From the NCBI GenBank assembly GCA_902623255.1, contig CACNSY010000002.1, positions 100,408-164,407 on the forward strand: DNA of 64,000 nt, read 5' to 3'. The notes below the pieces were generated by a model. That model was not told where the DNA came from and did not search any database. It saw only the letters and a list, made by a program, of their open reading frames with translations. Within the stretch, counting starts at the first letter, position 1. Each line of letters opens with the position of its first letter. This document shows positions 22,373-31,867 of this stretch, in pieces. Source of the DNA: an uncultured Alphaproteobacteria bacterium (GTDB lineage Bacteria; Pseudomonadota; Alphaproteobacteria; HIMB59; GCA-002718135). The position numbers were made by a program, and so were the translations under genes.

Positions 22373-22975
22373 CTACACTATCCAAGGTTGGATACTGTGT
22401 ATTTTTTCTTCGTGAACATCAATTTTTTTATTTTTTTGGAGCGTCAAACCAATATCATCCAAACCCTCTAGCAAACATTTTTTTCGAAATGCATCAATTT
22501 CAAATTCTATTGTTTTATCATTTTGATAAGTGATTTTTTGATTTTCTAAATCAACTGAAACATCATTTTTATTTTCTGCTTCGTTCATTAATATATCTAC
22601 CTTTTGTTGATCTAACTTAATTGGCAGTATTCCATTTTTAAAACAATTATTATAGAAAATATCAGCGAAGCTTGGTGCAATTATTGACTTAAAACCAAAA
22701 TCTAACAGTGACCATGGTGCATGCTCTCTACTTGATCCACAACCAAAATTTGCCCCAGCAATTAAAATTTTTGAAGTTTTATAAGGGTCCCAGTTAAGAA
22801 CAAAATCATTCTTTATGTTACCTTGAATATCGTATCTTAATTCATGAAATAAGTTTTTTCCTAAACCAGATCTCTTTATTGTTTTCAAAAATTGTTTTGG
22901 AATGATCATATCGGTATCGACATTAATCATTGGTAGTGGTGCAGGGATACCAATTATTGTTTTAAATGATTCCAT
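22373..22975 (-). CDS. leuD: 3-isopropylmalate dehydratase small subunit
   Basis: 200 aa with the [13 protein letters not shown] motif. It lies directly downstream of leuC. Confidence 0.95.
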   Translation of the reverse strand: MESFKTIIGIPAPLPMINVDTDMIIPKQFLKTIKRSGLGKNLFHELRYDIQGNIKNDFVLNWDPYKTSKILIAGANFGCGSSREHAPWSLLDFGFKSIIAPSFADIFYNNCFKNGILPIKLDQQKVDILMNEAENKNDVSVDLENQKITYQNDKTIEFEIDAFRKKCLLEGLDDIGLTLQKNKKIDVHEEKIHSIQPWIV

Positions 22976-24379
22976 TTATAAATCCTCTGCTGTTGCAAAA
23001 GAACCTTTGATTGCAGAGGCAGCAGCTATTGCAGGACTAACAAGATGTGTTCTACCTTCTCTACCTTGTCTACCTTCAAAATTTCTATTTGATGTTGATG
23101 CACATCTTTCTTGCGGTTTTAATTGATCTGGATTCATAGCTAAACACATGGAACAACCTGGCTCTCTCCAATCAAATCCTGCTTCAATAAAAATTTTATC
23201 TAAACCTTCTTCTTCAGCTTGTTTTTTAACTAGACCTGAACCAGGAACGATCATTGAGTCTACAGAAACTTTTTTGCCCTCTACAACTTTGGCAACTTCT
23301 CTTAAATCCTCAATTCTTCCATTTGTGCAAGAGCCAATAAATACTTTATCAATTTTAATTTTTTGTATTTCTTGTTTGGGTTCTAAACCCATATATTCAA
23401 GAGAACGTTCCATAGCCCTCTTTCTATTCGGATTACTCTCTTCTTGTGGGTTTGGTACTATACCATCTATAGCAACAACGTCTTGTGGGCTTGTGCCCCA
23501 AGTAATTTGTGGTGAAATATCTTCAGCATTAATTAAAATTTCTTCATCATATTTTGCGCCCTCATCAGATGGAAGAGATTTCCAAAATTCTATTGCTTTA
23601 TTCCAATTATCTCCTGATGGAGAGTACGGTCTACCTTTAATATATTCAAAAGTTTTTTCGTCAGGAGCGATTAAACCAGCTCTAGCACCTGCTTCAATAC
23701 TCATATTGCAGATTGTCATTCTTCCTTCCATAGAAAGAGAGGAAATTGCATTACCAGCGTATTCAATAACATAACCAGTTCCACCAGCTGTTCCTATTTT
23801 TCCTATTATATGAAGAATAATATCTTTTGCTGTAACACCTAAGTTTAACTTACCTTCAACAGAAATTCGCATATTCTTTGCAGGTTTTTGAATTAAGGTC
23901 TGAGTAGCTAATACATGCTCAACTTCGCTTGTGCCAATACCAAAAGCTAATGCACCAAATGCTCCGTGTGTTGCTGTATGACTATCACCACAAACTATTG
24001 TCATACCTGGCTGAGTAATGCCTTGTTCTGGTCCAACTATATGAACTATACCTTGTCTGCTGTCTAATAATGGAAAAAGTGTAACATCAAAATCTTTGCA
24101 ATTTTTTTCTAGTGTTTCAACCTGAATTCTACTTTCTTTATTTTCTATACCTTTAGATCTATCTGAGGTTGGAACATTATGATCAGCTACAGCAAAAGTA
24201 CTTTCGGGTCTTCTAACTTTACGATTATTATTTCTTAAACCTTCAAATGCTTGAGGGCTCGTAACTTCATGAACAAGGTGTCTATCAATATATATAAGAC
24301 AAGTTCCATCTTCTTGTCTATCAACAAGATGATGTTCCCAAATTTTATCAAAAAGAGTTTTAGGATTATTTATTGTCAT
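22976..24379 (-). CDS. leuC: 3-isopropylmalate dehydratase large subunit
   Basis: 467 aa aconitase-family protein with Fe-S ligand motifs GSCTNGR and GCSMCLAMN. Its start codon lies 14 nt inside the 3' end of rplS. Confidence 0.95.
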   Translation of the reverse strand: MTINNPKTLFDKIWEHHLVDRQEDGTCLIYIDRHLVHEVTSPQAFEGLRNNNRKVRRPESTFAVADHNVPTSDRSKGIENKESRIQVETLEKNCKDFDVTLFPLLDSRQGIVHIVGPEQGITQPGMTIVCGDSHTATHGAFGALAFGIGTSEVEHVLATQTLIQKPAKNMRISVEGKLNLGVTAKDIILHIIGKIGTAGGTGYVIEYAGNAISSLSMEGRMTICNMSIEAGARAGLIAPDEKTFEYIKGRPYSPSGDNWNKAIEFWKSLPSDEGAKYDEEILINAEDISPQITWGTSPQDVVAIDGIVPNPQEESNPNRKRAMERSLEYMGLEPKQEIQKIKIDKVFIGSCTNGRIEDLREVAKVVEGKKVSVDSMIVPGSGLVKKQAEEEGLDKIFIEAGFDWREPGCSMCLAMNPDQLKPQERCASTSNRNFEGRQGREGRTHLVSPAIAAASAIKGSFATAEDL

Positions 24380-24971
24380 CCGATTTATTTTCGGCTGCTT
24401 TTTCCTCTTCTTTACTAGATTCCTCTGCAGCTTCTGCTTTAGATTCTTCTGCTGGTTTGGCTTCTGCTTCTTCTGCTTTTGTCTCTGCTTGTTTTGCTTC
24501 TACCTCTTCAGCTTTTGGTTCCTCTGCAGCATTTGTATCTGTATCTGCAGTTTTTGTTTCTTCTACCGGAGGAGCTTCCTCTATATATTCATATTGATCA
24601 GCTTCATCGCCCCTATCTTTATCTGCTATCCTTGCTTTTTTTCCAGATAATTCTCTTAGATAATATAGCTTAGCTCTTCTTACATCGCCTTTTCTAACAA
24701 CTTCAATTTTTTCTACTAAAGGACTGAATAAAGGGAATACTCTTTCAACACCCTCTCCATGAGATATTTTTCTCACAGTAAAGTTAGAGTTTACTGAATT
24801 ATTTTTTCTTGCAATACAAATACCTTCAAATGCTTGAAGTCTCGACTTACTTCCCTCTGTAATTCTTACAGTAACTTTTAAAGTATCACCTGGACGAAAA
24901 GCAGGAACTCTTTTTTTTGAAGTTAACTTTTCAATCTGTTGTTTTTCAAATGTCTCTAATAAATTACTCAT
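24366..24971 (-). CDS. rplS: 50S ribosomal protein L19 with an acidic C-terminal extension of about 85 aa
   Basis: The first ~115 aa are canonical L19 (FRPGDTLKV...RRAKLYYLR). The rest is an Ala/Glu/Lys/Pro-rich tail. Confidence 0.9.
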   Translation of the reverse strand: MSNLLETFEKQQIEKLTSKKRVPAFRPGDTLKVTVRITEGSKSRLQAFEGICIARKNNSVNSNFTVRKISHGEGVERVFPLFSPLVEKIEVVRKGDVRRAKLYYLRELSGKKARIADKDRGDEADQYEYIEEAPPVEETKTADTDTNAAEEPKAEEVEAKQAETKAEEAEAKPAEESKAEAAEESSKEEEKAAENKSDDNK

Positions 24972-24972
24972 T

Positions 24973-25680
24973 TTATATTTCCTTTTTATAAAGATCTGGT
25001 CTTAGTTCTTTAGTTTTTTCAACCGATTTTTCTTTTCTCCATTTATCAATTTTTTCATGATGACCTGATGTTAAAACATCTGGAACTTCATGTTTATTTC
25101 CCTGAATATCTTCCCAGGTTTGTGGTCTGGTATAATGAGGATATTCAAGCAGATTATTAGAAAAAGATTCTTCTAATAAACTTTGTGGCTGCCCTAATAC
25201 TCCAGGAATGAGACGAATACAACCTTCAACTAACACCTGGGCAGCAATCTCACCACCAGAAAGGACGTAATCACCGATACTTATTTCCTGAAAATCAAGA
25301 ATTTCTATAGCTCTTTGATCAACCCCTTCAAATCTACCGCATAAAATAAGCATTTCATCATGTTTTGATAGATTATTAAGTTTTGCTTGAGATAATTTCT
25401 GACCTGACGGTGTCAGGAAAATTTTGCAGTAATTATCGGTTTTGAAAGTAATTGAATTTAATGCTTTTTCAATCACATCTGGACGAATAACCATTCCTGG
25501 ACCTCCCCCAAAAGGTTCATCATCAACACTTCCTCTTTTGTCAATTCCAAAATTATGTAGATTGACTATCTCGAGAGAAAATTTTTTATTGTTTAATGCA
25601 TTTCCAATTACAGAATATCCTAGTGAACCAGGGAACATCTCAGGATAACAAGTTAAAATTACTACTCTCATTTTAATCAA
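24973..25680 (-). CDS. trmD: tRNA (guanine37-N1)-methyltransferase
   Basis: 235 aa with the [13 protein letters not shown]-terminus and the [14 protein letters not shown]-binding knot motif. It sits in the conserved rimM-trmD-rplS context. Confidence 0.95.
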   Translation of the reverse strand: MIKMRVVILTCYPEMFPGSLGYSVIGNALNNKKFSLEIVNLHNFGIDKRGSVDDEPFGGGPGMVIRPDVIEKALNSITFKTDNYCKIFLTPSGQKLSQAKLNNLSKHDEMLILCGRFEGVDQRAIEILDFQEISIGDYVLSGGEIAAQVLVEGCIRLIPGVLGQPQSLLEESFSNNLLEYPHYTRPQTWEDIQGNKHEVPDVLTSGHHEKIDKWRKEKSVEKTKELRPDLYKKEI

Positions 25681-26179
25681 GAATACCAGGTATTGGATCA
25701 GCTATAATTTCTTTTTTATAAATATTAACTGATAAAATATTTGTTTTATCAAAAGGTATAAGAATAAGTTTGGTATTATATTTGACTTCTAATAAATCAC
25801 CTGCCCCAAAATTATGAACACTTAAAACTTTTCCAATACTAGTATTATCTTTCAAGAAAATCATGCATTCGATTAGATCGTTTATGTAAAACTCATTATC
25901 TTTTGTTTTTGGGAAAAATTTCTTGTTTGAAAAAATTTTTTGACCTTTAAGCTCTAAAACATCTTCTCTAGAAAAGTATTTTTCAACTTGAACAACACAC
26001 TTATTATTTTTGAATAAAATATTTTTAAAATTCCAAGCAACTGAACCATCAAAATTATAATAGTTTTTTAAATTTTTAAAAACTTCAAAAGAGGTAGTCA
26101 TCATATTAACTTTTATTTCACCTTTTAATCCTAAAGGAGATCCAAACTGACCAACAAGAATAATATCTTTATTACTCAA
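25673..26179 (-). CDS. rimM: 16S rRNA processing protein RimM
   Basis: 168 aa with the N-terminal VGQFGSPLGLKGEIKV motif. It sits between rpsP and trmD. Confidence 0.85.
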   Translation of the reverse strand: MSNKDIILVGQFGSPLGLKGEIKVNMMTTSFEVFKNLKNYYNFDGSVAWNFKNILFKNNKCVVQVEKYFSREDVLELKGQKIFSNKKFFPKTKDNEFYINDLIECMIFLKDNTSIGKVLSVHNFGAGDLLEVKYNTKLILIPFDKTNILSVNIYKKEIIADPIPGILD

Positions 26180-26193
26180 AGCAAAAATTGATT

Positions 26194-26757
26194 TTATTCT
26201 TTTTTAGCTTCTGCTTCTTCTGCTTTTGGTTCTTCAGCAGGTTGTGCATCTTCAGCTGGCTTAGCATCTGCTTCTGCTTTTGGTTCTTCAGCAGGTTGTG
26301 CATCTTCAGCTGGCTTAGCATCTGCTTCTGCTTTTGGTTCTTCAGCAGGTTGTGCATCTTCAGCTGGCTTAGCATCTGCTTCTTCTGCTTTTGGTTCTTC
26401 TGCTGCAGCTTTCGCAGCTTCTTCTTTTTCTTTAGCAGCAGCTAAACGTTCCTGTGCTTTTTTCTTAGGTAGATGTTTTTTTGTTTTTTCAGTAATAACT
26501 GGTTTTTCCATCACACCAAGATTGCTAAGAAAAATAGAAATTCTATCTGATGGTTTTGCCCCTTTTGCAATCCATTCCTTAGCTTTGTCTAAATCCATTT
26601 TAACTCTATCAGCACTATCCTTTGGAAGCATTGGGTTATAAGTTCCAATTTGATCTATAAATTTTCCATCTCTAGCTCTTCTAGAATCAGCAACTACTAT
26701 TCTATAAAATGGTCTTTTCTTTGCACCACCTCTTGATAATCTTATTCTTACTGGCAT
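26194..26757 (-). CDS. rpsP: 30S ribosomal protein S16 with a repeat-containing acidic C-terminal extension of about 110 aa
   Basis: The N-terminal ~77 aa are canonical S16 ([26 protein letters not shown]). The remainder is an Ala/Glu/Lys/Pro-rich tail containing three identical 18-aa repeats. Confidence 0.9.
   Translation of the reverse strand: MPVRIRLSRGGAKKRPFYRIVVADSRRARDGKFIDQIGTYNPMLPKDSADRVKMDLDKAKEWIAKGAKPSDRISIFLSNLGVMEKPVITEKTKKHLPKKKAQERLAAAKEKEEAAKAAAEEPKAEEADAKPAEDAQPAEEPKAEADAKPAEDAQPAEEPKAEADAKPAEDAQPAEEPKAEEAEAKKE
26221..26382. repeat. three perfect head-to-tail copies of a 54-bp unit inside rpsP
   Basis: The unit tgcttttggttcttcagcaggttgtgcatcttcagctggcttagcatctgcttc starts at 26221, 26275 and 26329, with partial related copies on both flanks. 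It is in frame (18 aa per unit). Confidence 0.9.
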
Positions 26758-26769
26758 TTTATTTCCTTT

Positions 26770-28134
26770 CTAATTTATGTTTGGAGGAAGATTTCCTTGT
26801 AATTTTTGCATTAAATCACTGGGAATTCCTCCTTTGCCCATTGATTTCATTCTCTTCATCATTTTTTGTGATTGGAGAAACTGTTTTAATAACCTGTTAA
26901 CGTCTTGAACTTTTGTTCCAGATCCTTTTGAAATTCTAATTTTACGTGAAGCCTTTATAATATCTGGATCAGCCCTTTCTTTTTTTGTCATTGAACTGAT
27001 TATGGCTATTTGTTTATCAATCATTGAATTAGAAATTTTATTTTCTGCCATTAACTTCTGTGCCTTTGAAACACCTGGCATCATAGAAAGTAAACCGGAG
27101 ACTCCACCCATTTTACCCATTTGCTTTAATTGATTGGCAAAATCTTCAAGATCAAATTTTCCTTTAGCGATCTTTTTTGCCATATCTTCCATCTCTTCTT
27201 TATCAATATTTTCAGCAGCTTTTTCGACAAGAGATACAATATCTCCCATACCTAAAATTCTTTGTGCAATTCTTTCAGGATGAAAAGGTTCAAAATTTTC
27301 TACTTTTTCACCTAGTCCTATAAATTTTATAGGAGAGTTTGTTATCGATTTAATTGATAGTGCTGCACCACCTCTGCTATCACCATCTATTCGAGTTAAA
27401 ATTGATCCAGTAATATTTATTGCATCACTAAAACTTTTAGCTACATTTGCAGCATCTTGCCCTGTTAGAGCATCTGCTACTAATAATGTTTCGTCAGGTT
27501 TAAACTTATTTTCAATTTCTATTAATTCACTCATTAACTTTTTATCTATAACTTGTCGTCCAGCAGTATCTAAAATAAGAATATCAAATAAATTTTTTTG
27601 AGCATAGTCTATGGAATCATCAACAATCTTACTGGCTGATGATAAATTGTGATTAAAGAAATCTGAGCCAGTTTCTTCAGCTAATACTTTTAATTGTTCT
27701 TGTGCTGCTGGTCGATAAATATCTGCAGATGCTAGTAAAATTTTTTTCTTTGAAGACTTCTTTAACAAATAGGAAAGTTTGGCAATTGAAGTTGTTTTCC
27801 CAGATCCCTGTAAGCCACAAAACAATATTTTGGTTAATTGAGAAGAAGATAAATTTAGAGATTTATTTTCTGATCCAAGAATTTTTACAAGCTCATCTTG
27901 CACAAGCTTTATGATCATTTGATCTGGCTTAACAGATTTGAGAATTTCTTTTCCTAAAATGTTTGACTTGATGGAATTTATAAATTCTTTTACTACAACT
28001 AAGGAAACATCTGCCTCTAAGAGAGCAATTCTAATTTCACGTAATGTAACTTCAAGATCTGTTTCTGATATAACAGCCTTACCCCGAATACTTTGAACAA
28101 TTTTTTCAAATTTTGTGTTCAGTGTATCAAACAT
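26770..28134 (-). CDS. ffh: signal recognition particle protein Ffh
   Basis: G-domain motifs GLQGSGKTT, DTAGR and TRIDGDSRGGAALS are present, with a Met-rich M domain at the C-terminus. I place the start at MFDTLNTKF (ATG at 28134). The 20 upstream codons in the ORF track are unlike any Ffh N-terminus. Confidence 0.9.
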   Translation of the reverse strand: MFDTLNTKFEKIVQSIRGKAVISETDLEVTLREIRIALLEADVSLVVVKEFINSIKSNILGKEILKSVKPDQMIIKLVQDELVKILGSENKSLNLSSSQLTKILFCGLQGSGKTTSIAKLSYLLKKSSKKKILLASADIYRPAAQEQLKVLAEETGSDFFNHNLSSASKIVDDSIDYAQKNLFDILILDTAGRQVIDKKLMSELIEIENKFKPDETLLVADALTGQDAANVAKSFSDAINITGSILTRIDGDSRGGAALSIKSITNSPIKFIGLGEKVENFEPFHPERIAQRILGMGDIVSLVEKAAENIDKEEMEDMAKKIAKGKFDLEDFANQLKQMGKMGGVSGLLSMMPGVSKAQKLMAENKISNSMIDKQIAIISSMTKKERADPDIIKASRKIRISKGSGTKVQDVNRLLKQFLQSQKMMKRMKSMGKGGIPSDLMQKLQGNLPPNIN

Positions 28135-28331
28135 AAATCTCCAATAGCTTTTTAACTCCAGGGCACGAAACTCGTGGGCTAGAGTACCTATCACAATTGT
28201 AACAAGCTCAATTCGTTTACAAATATAGGATTTGTTGGTGACCCTCTATTAGCTGAATAATTGAAAGTCAAGTATTCTTAAATTTCCCATATTTACTGAG
28301 ATTTATCGATAAATTAGGTTATAAAACAAAT

Positions 28332-29150
28332 ATGCAAAAAGTAGACTTTATAAAGATGCATGGACTTGGAAATGATTTTGTTATCATAGATAAAAGATCT
28401 AACAATATCGCAATTACTGAAGATATTATTAAAAGACTCAGTGACAGAAGAACTGGGGCAGGGTGTGATCAATTAATCACAATTAACAATACAAATAATC
28501 AAAGTGCTGATGCTGAAATTGAAATTTTTAATCCTGGTGGTGATAGAGCCGAAGCTTGTGGTAATGGAACACGCTGCGTGGCAAAAATACTATTTGAAGA
28601 AGATTCAAATAAAGAAATTTTAAAAATTCAATCTGATGCAGGCATATTAGAATCAAAAAGAATAGATAATAATATAAGTGTGAACATGGGTTCAATAAAA
28701 AATACTTGGGATAAAATTCCTTTAAGTAAAGAAATTGATACAATGAATATTCCAATTTCGATTGATGGATATAGTAATGGAGTTGCTGTTAATGTAGGTA
28801 ATCCACATGTAGTTTTTTTTGGGAAATCGATCAAAGATACAGATCTTGAAAGTATAGGTCCTAGAATAGAAAATCATGAGCTCTTTCCAAAAAAAACTAA
28901 TGTTGAAATAGTTGAAGTTATTAATACAAATTTAATTGAAATGAGGGTTTGGGAACGAGGAGTTGGAATCACGTTAGCTTGTGGTAGTGGTGCCTGTGCA
29001 GCTGTATATGCAGCGTGGAAAAAAGGATTGATTGAAAATAACGCTGAAGTGAAACTTGAAAAAGGTTCACTGCACATAAATATAATTAATAATGAATCTA
29101 TTATGACAGGACCTGCAGAAATAAGTTATCGGGGTAGTTTAGAAATATAA
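28332..29150 (+). CDS. dapF: diaminopimelate epimerase
   Basis: 272 aa with the HGLGNDF N-terminus and two catalytic Cys motifs (ACGNGTRC, ACGSGACA). Confidence 0.95.
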   Translation: MQKVDFIKMHGLGNDFVIIDKRSNNIAITEDIIKRLSDRRTGAGCDQLITINNTNNQSADAEIEIFNPGGDRAEACGNGTRCVAKILFEEDSNKEILKIQSDAGILESKRIDNNISVNMGSIKNTWDKIPLSKEIDTMNIPISIDGYSNGVAVNVGNPHVVFFGKSIKDTDLESIGPRIENHELFPKKTNVEIVEVINTNLIEMRVWERGVGITLACGSGACAAVYAAWKKGLIENNAEVKLEKGSLHINIINNESIMTGPAEISYRGSLEI

Positions 29151-29153
29151 TTT

Positions 29154-30413
29154 ATGAAAAATAAAAACTACGTAGTCAATCTAGGTTGTAGATTGAATAT
29201 TTATGAAGGTGAAATTATTAAAAACCATCTTAGAACAAATAATTTAAATAATGTTACAGTCATAAACTCATGTGCAGTAACTGAAGAAGCTGAGAAAAAA
29301 GTTTCTTATGAAATTAGAAAGGCAAAAAAAAATTTTCCTAATAATAAAATAGTAGTTACAGGATGTGCGGCTCAAATCAATCCATTAAAATATAAAGATT
29401 TAAAAGAAGTAGACTCAGTAATTGGAAACACAGAAAAATTAGAAACTTTAACATGGAAAAATATCGATCAGTCTAAAAATCTTAAAGTAGGAAATATATT
29501 AGAAGAAAGTAAAACAGTACCTAATTCAATTGAAAAATTTGAAGGAAAATCGAGAGCTTATATTGAAATACAACAAGGTTGTAACCATCGCTGTACTTTT
29601 TGTATTATTCCATTTGGCAGGGGCAATAATAGAAGTGTGCCTGCTGGAGAGATAGTAAATAAAATAAAAAAAATTGTTAGCAATGGATATAATGAAGTAG
29701 TCTTAACAGGAGTAGATATAACTGATTATGGAAAAGATCTTCCAGCAAAACCTACTTTTTCTAATTTAATAAAAAGAATTCTAAAATTAGTACCTGAATT
29801 AAGACAGCTACGCTTGTCTTCAATTGACTGCGCTGAAATAGACGAAGATTTTTGGGATGTTTTAAAAGACGAAAGATTGATGCCTCATTTTCATATAAGT
29901 TTACAAGCTGGAAACAATTTAATTTTGAAAAGAATGAAAAGAAGACATTCAAGGGAAATGGCAATTAATTTTTGTAATAAAGTTTTATCTATTAGGAAAG
30001 ATGCAACATTTGGTGCTGATATAATTGCCGGTTTTCCAACAGAGACAGAAATAATGTTTCAAGATTCAATTAAACTAGTTGATGAGTGTAATTTAACTCA
30101 TCTTCATATTTTTCCATATTCACCAAGAGAAAACACCCCTGCATCTAGAATGCCTCAAGTTCAAAAAAATATTATAAAAGATAGAGCTAGAAGACTTAGA
30201 GAAAGAGGTATGGAAAAATTAAAACATCATTTAAAAAAAAATATTGGAAAGAAGGAACAAATTTTAATTGAAAGTAGAAAAGAAAATTTTTCACTTGGAA
30301 AAGATCAGCATTTTTTAAAAGTAAAACTTGAAGAAGAGTTTAAAGAGGGGAATATAATTTCCTGTATATATACAGGCGTAGAAAATGATACATTATTAGC
30401 AAGAATAGCATGA
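29154..30413 (+). CDS. mtaB: radical-SAM tRNA methylthiotransferase, MtaB/MiaB-like
   Basis: 419 aa with an N-terminal UPF0004 Cys triad region, the radical SAM motif CNHRCTFCIIP and a C-terminal TRAM-like region. Confidence 0.8.
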   Translation: MKNKNYVVNLGCRLNIYEGEIIKNHLRTNNLNNVTVINSCAVTEEAEKKVSYEIRKAKKNFPNNKIVVTGCAAQINPLKYKDLKEVDSVIGNTEKLETLTWKNIDQSKNLKVGNILEESKTVPNSIEKFEGKSRAYIEIQQGCNHRCTFCIIPFGRGNNRSVPAGEIVNKIKKIVSNGYNEVVLTGVDITDYGKDLPAKPTFSNLIKRILKLVPELRQLRLSSIDCAEIDEDFWDVLKDERLMPHFHISLQAGNNLILKRMKRRHSREMAINFCNKVLSIRKDATFGADIIAGFPTETEIMFQDSIKLVDECNLTHLHIFPYSPRENTPASRMPQVQKNIIKDRARRLRERGMEKLKHHLKKNIGKKEQILIESRKENFSLGKDQHFLKVKLEEEFKEGNIISCIYTGVENDTLLARIA

Positions 30414-31330
30414 GTTTGTTCTCAATATTTAAAGATAAGTTAAGTAAAACTTCAAATATACTTTCTTTTAATATTTTAGAGATTTTAAAAAACAAAAAAA
30501 TAGACGATTTAACTTTAGAAGAATTAGAAAATGTTCTTATTTCATCTGATATTAGTTTGGATGTTGTAAATCAGCTAATAGATTCTATAAAAAAATTAAA
30601 AATTTCAAATGATGATGGAATAAAAAATGTATTAGAAATCTTAGCTAAAAATATAGAAAGTATATTACTGCCAAGAGAACATATTCTGATAAATGAAAAA
30701 AATCATGAAAAAAAAATATTAATATTTGTGGGAGTAAACGGAAGTGGAAAGACAACCACTATTGGTAAAATTGCAAATAAAATTTTATCAAATAAAAAAA
30801 TTCTGATTGCAGCTTGTGATACATTTAGGGCAGCAGCTGTTGAGCAGTTAGAAAATTGGGCGAAAAAAAATAATAATGGTTTTATCGCTGGAAAAAGTAA
30901 TCAAGATCCAGCAAGCGTAGCGTATCAGGCAACTGAAGAATTTGGAAAAGAAAATTATGATTTTTTACTTATAGATACTGCTGGAAGATTATCAAATAAT
31001 ACTAACCTCATTAATCAGCTAATTAAATTGAAGAATGTTATCTCAAAAGTTAATTCCTCTTTTAATATTGAAACTGTGTTAGTTTTAGATGGAACGAATG
31101 GTTCGAACATGATTAAGCAAGTAGAAATCTTTGGAAATGAACTTAATGTATCAAGTCTTATAATAACTAAATTGGATGGAACAGCAAAAGGCGGAGCATT
31201 AATTTCAATTGCAAATAAATTTGAAATCCCTATAAGTTATGTTGGTCTTGGAGAAAGTATTGAGGACCTTGTAACCTTTAATTCTCAAAACTTTGCGAGA
31301 TCTATTTTAAATCTAGAAGAACAAAAATGA
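30410..31330 (+). CDS. ftsY: signal recognition particle receptor FtsY (short form)
   Basis: 306 aa with the motifs GVNGSGKTTT, DTAGR and TKLDGTAKGG. Confidence 0.9.
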   Translation: MSLFSIFKDKLSKTSNILSFNILEILKNKKIDDLTLEELENVLISSDISLDVVNQLIDSIKKLKISNDDGIKNVLEILAKNIESILLPREHILINEKNHEKKILIFVGVNGSGKTTTIGKIANKILSNKKILIAACDTFRAAAVEQLENWAKKNNNGFIAGKSNQDPASVAYQATEEFGKENYDFLLIDTAGRLSNNTNLINQLIKLKNVISKVNSSFNIETVLVLDGTNGSNMIKQVEIFGNELNVSSLIITKLDGTAKGGALISIANKFEIPISYVGLGESIEDLVTFNSQNFARSILNLEEQK

Positions 31331-31866
31331 AGTCAGTTTATAAATTATTAATTGATATAGGACCACTTGCAGTATTCTTTATTTTTTATACAAGAAGTGG
31401 TCTTCAAGAAGCAATACTTCCTCTTATGATTGCAACTGTAATTTCAGTAATCATTTCATATATACTTGAGAAAAAAATACCAATTATGCCAACTCTTGGG
31501 GCTGCGATTGTATTAATATTTGGAGGTTTAACAATTTATTTTGACAATGAAATTTTTATTAAAATGAAACCAACAATAATAAATATGGTCTTCGCATTAA
31601 TTTTATATGGTGGAGTGATTGTTAAAAAACCTCTTTTAAAGTATCTTTTAGGTGCTGCACTGAAACTAGAAGAAGATGGATGGAGAATATTAACTCAAAG
31701 GTGGATCGCTTTTTTTGTTGCACTTGCTGTTTTAAATGAAATTGTTTGGAGAACACAAAGTACTGATGTTTGGGTAAACTTCAAAGTTTTTGGTATCTTG
31801 CCAATTACGTTTATTTTTACAATGACACAATTCCCTTTAATTAAAAAATATCAAATTGAAGATTAA
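31327..31866 (+). CDS. yciB: intracellular septation protein A (YciB/IspZ family)
   Basis: 179 aa with 5 TM segments and an N-terminal L.D.GPL..FF pattern. It overlaps ftsY by 4 nt. Confidence 0.75.
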   Translation: MKSVYKLLIDIGPLAVFFIFYTRSGLQEAILPLMIATVISVIISYILEKKIPIMPTLGAAIVLIFGGLTIYFDNEIFIKMKPTIINMVFALILYGGVIVKKPLLKYLLGAALKLEEDGWRILTQRWIAFFVALAVLNEIVWRTQSTDVWVNFKVFGILPITFIFTMTQFPLIKKYQIED

Positions 31867-31867
31867 G

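Noticed and set aside
23148-23774. Long ORFs antisense to well-supported genes. Examples are the 208-aa ORF opposite leuC, 11169-11633 opposite sdhA, 49304-49726 opposite acnA, 53628-53993 opposite ccmF, 648-1040 opposite the MFS gene and 57449-57772 opposite folD.
   Set aside because: Each lies fully inside a gene with unambiguous conserved motifs on the other strand. Their translations are low-complexity Ser/Ile/Phe/Leu-rich strings with no recognisable motifs and no SD. In AT-rich genomes, antisense frames of real genes commonly stay open by chance.
26172-26445. Repeat-containing ORFs ([18 protein letters not shown] x3 on the minus strand and a Phe/Cys/Trp-rich ORF on the plus strand). The 54-bp repeats could also be read as a CRISPR-like array.
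   Set aside because: These are alternative frames or the opposite strand of the S16 tail repeats, and the S16 frame is continuous with a canonical S16 domain. The repeats are directly adjacent with no spacers, so this is not a CRISPR array.
28135-28194. A 20-codon N-terminal extension of ffh (MIGTLAHEFRALELKSYWRF) given by the ORF track.
   Set aside because: Ffh proteins start with MFD/MFE..L, as at the ATG at 28134. The extension overlaps the G+C-rich spacer element and has no SD.
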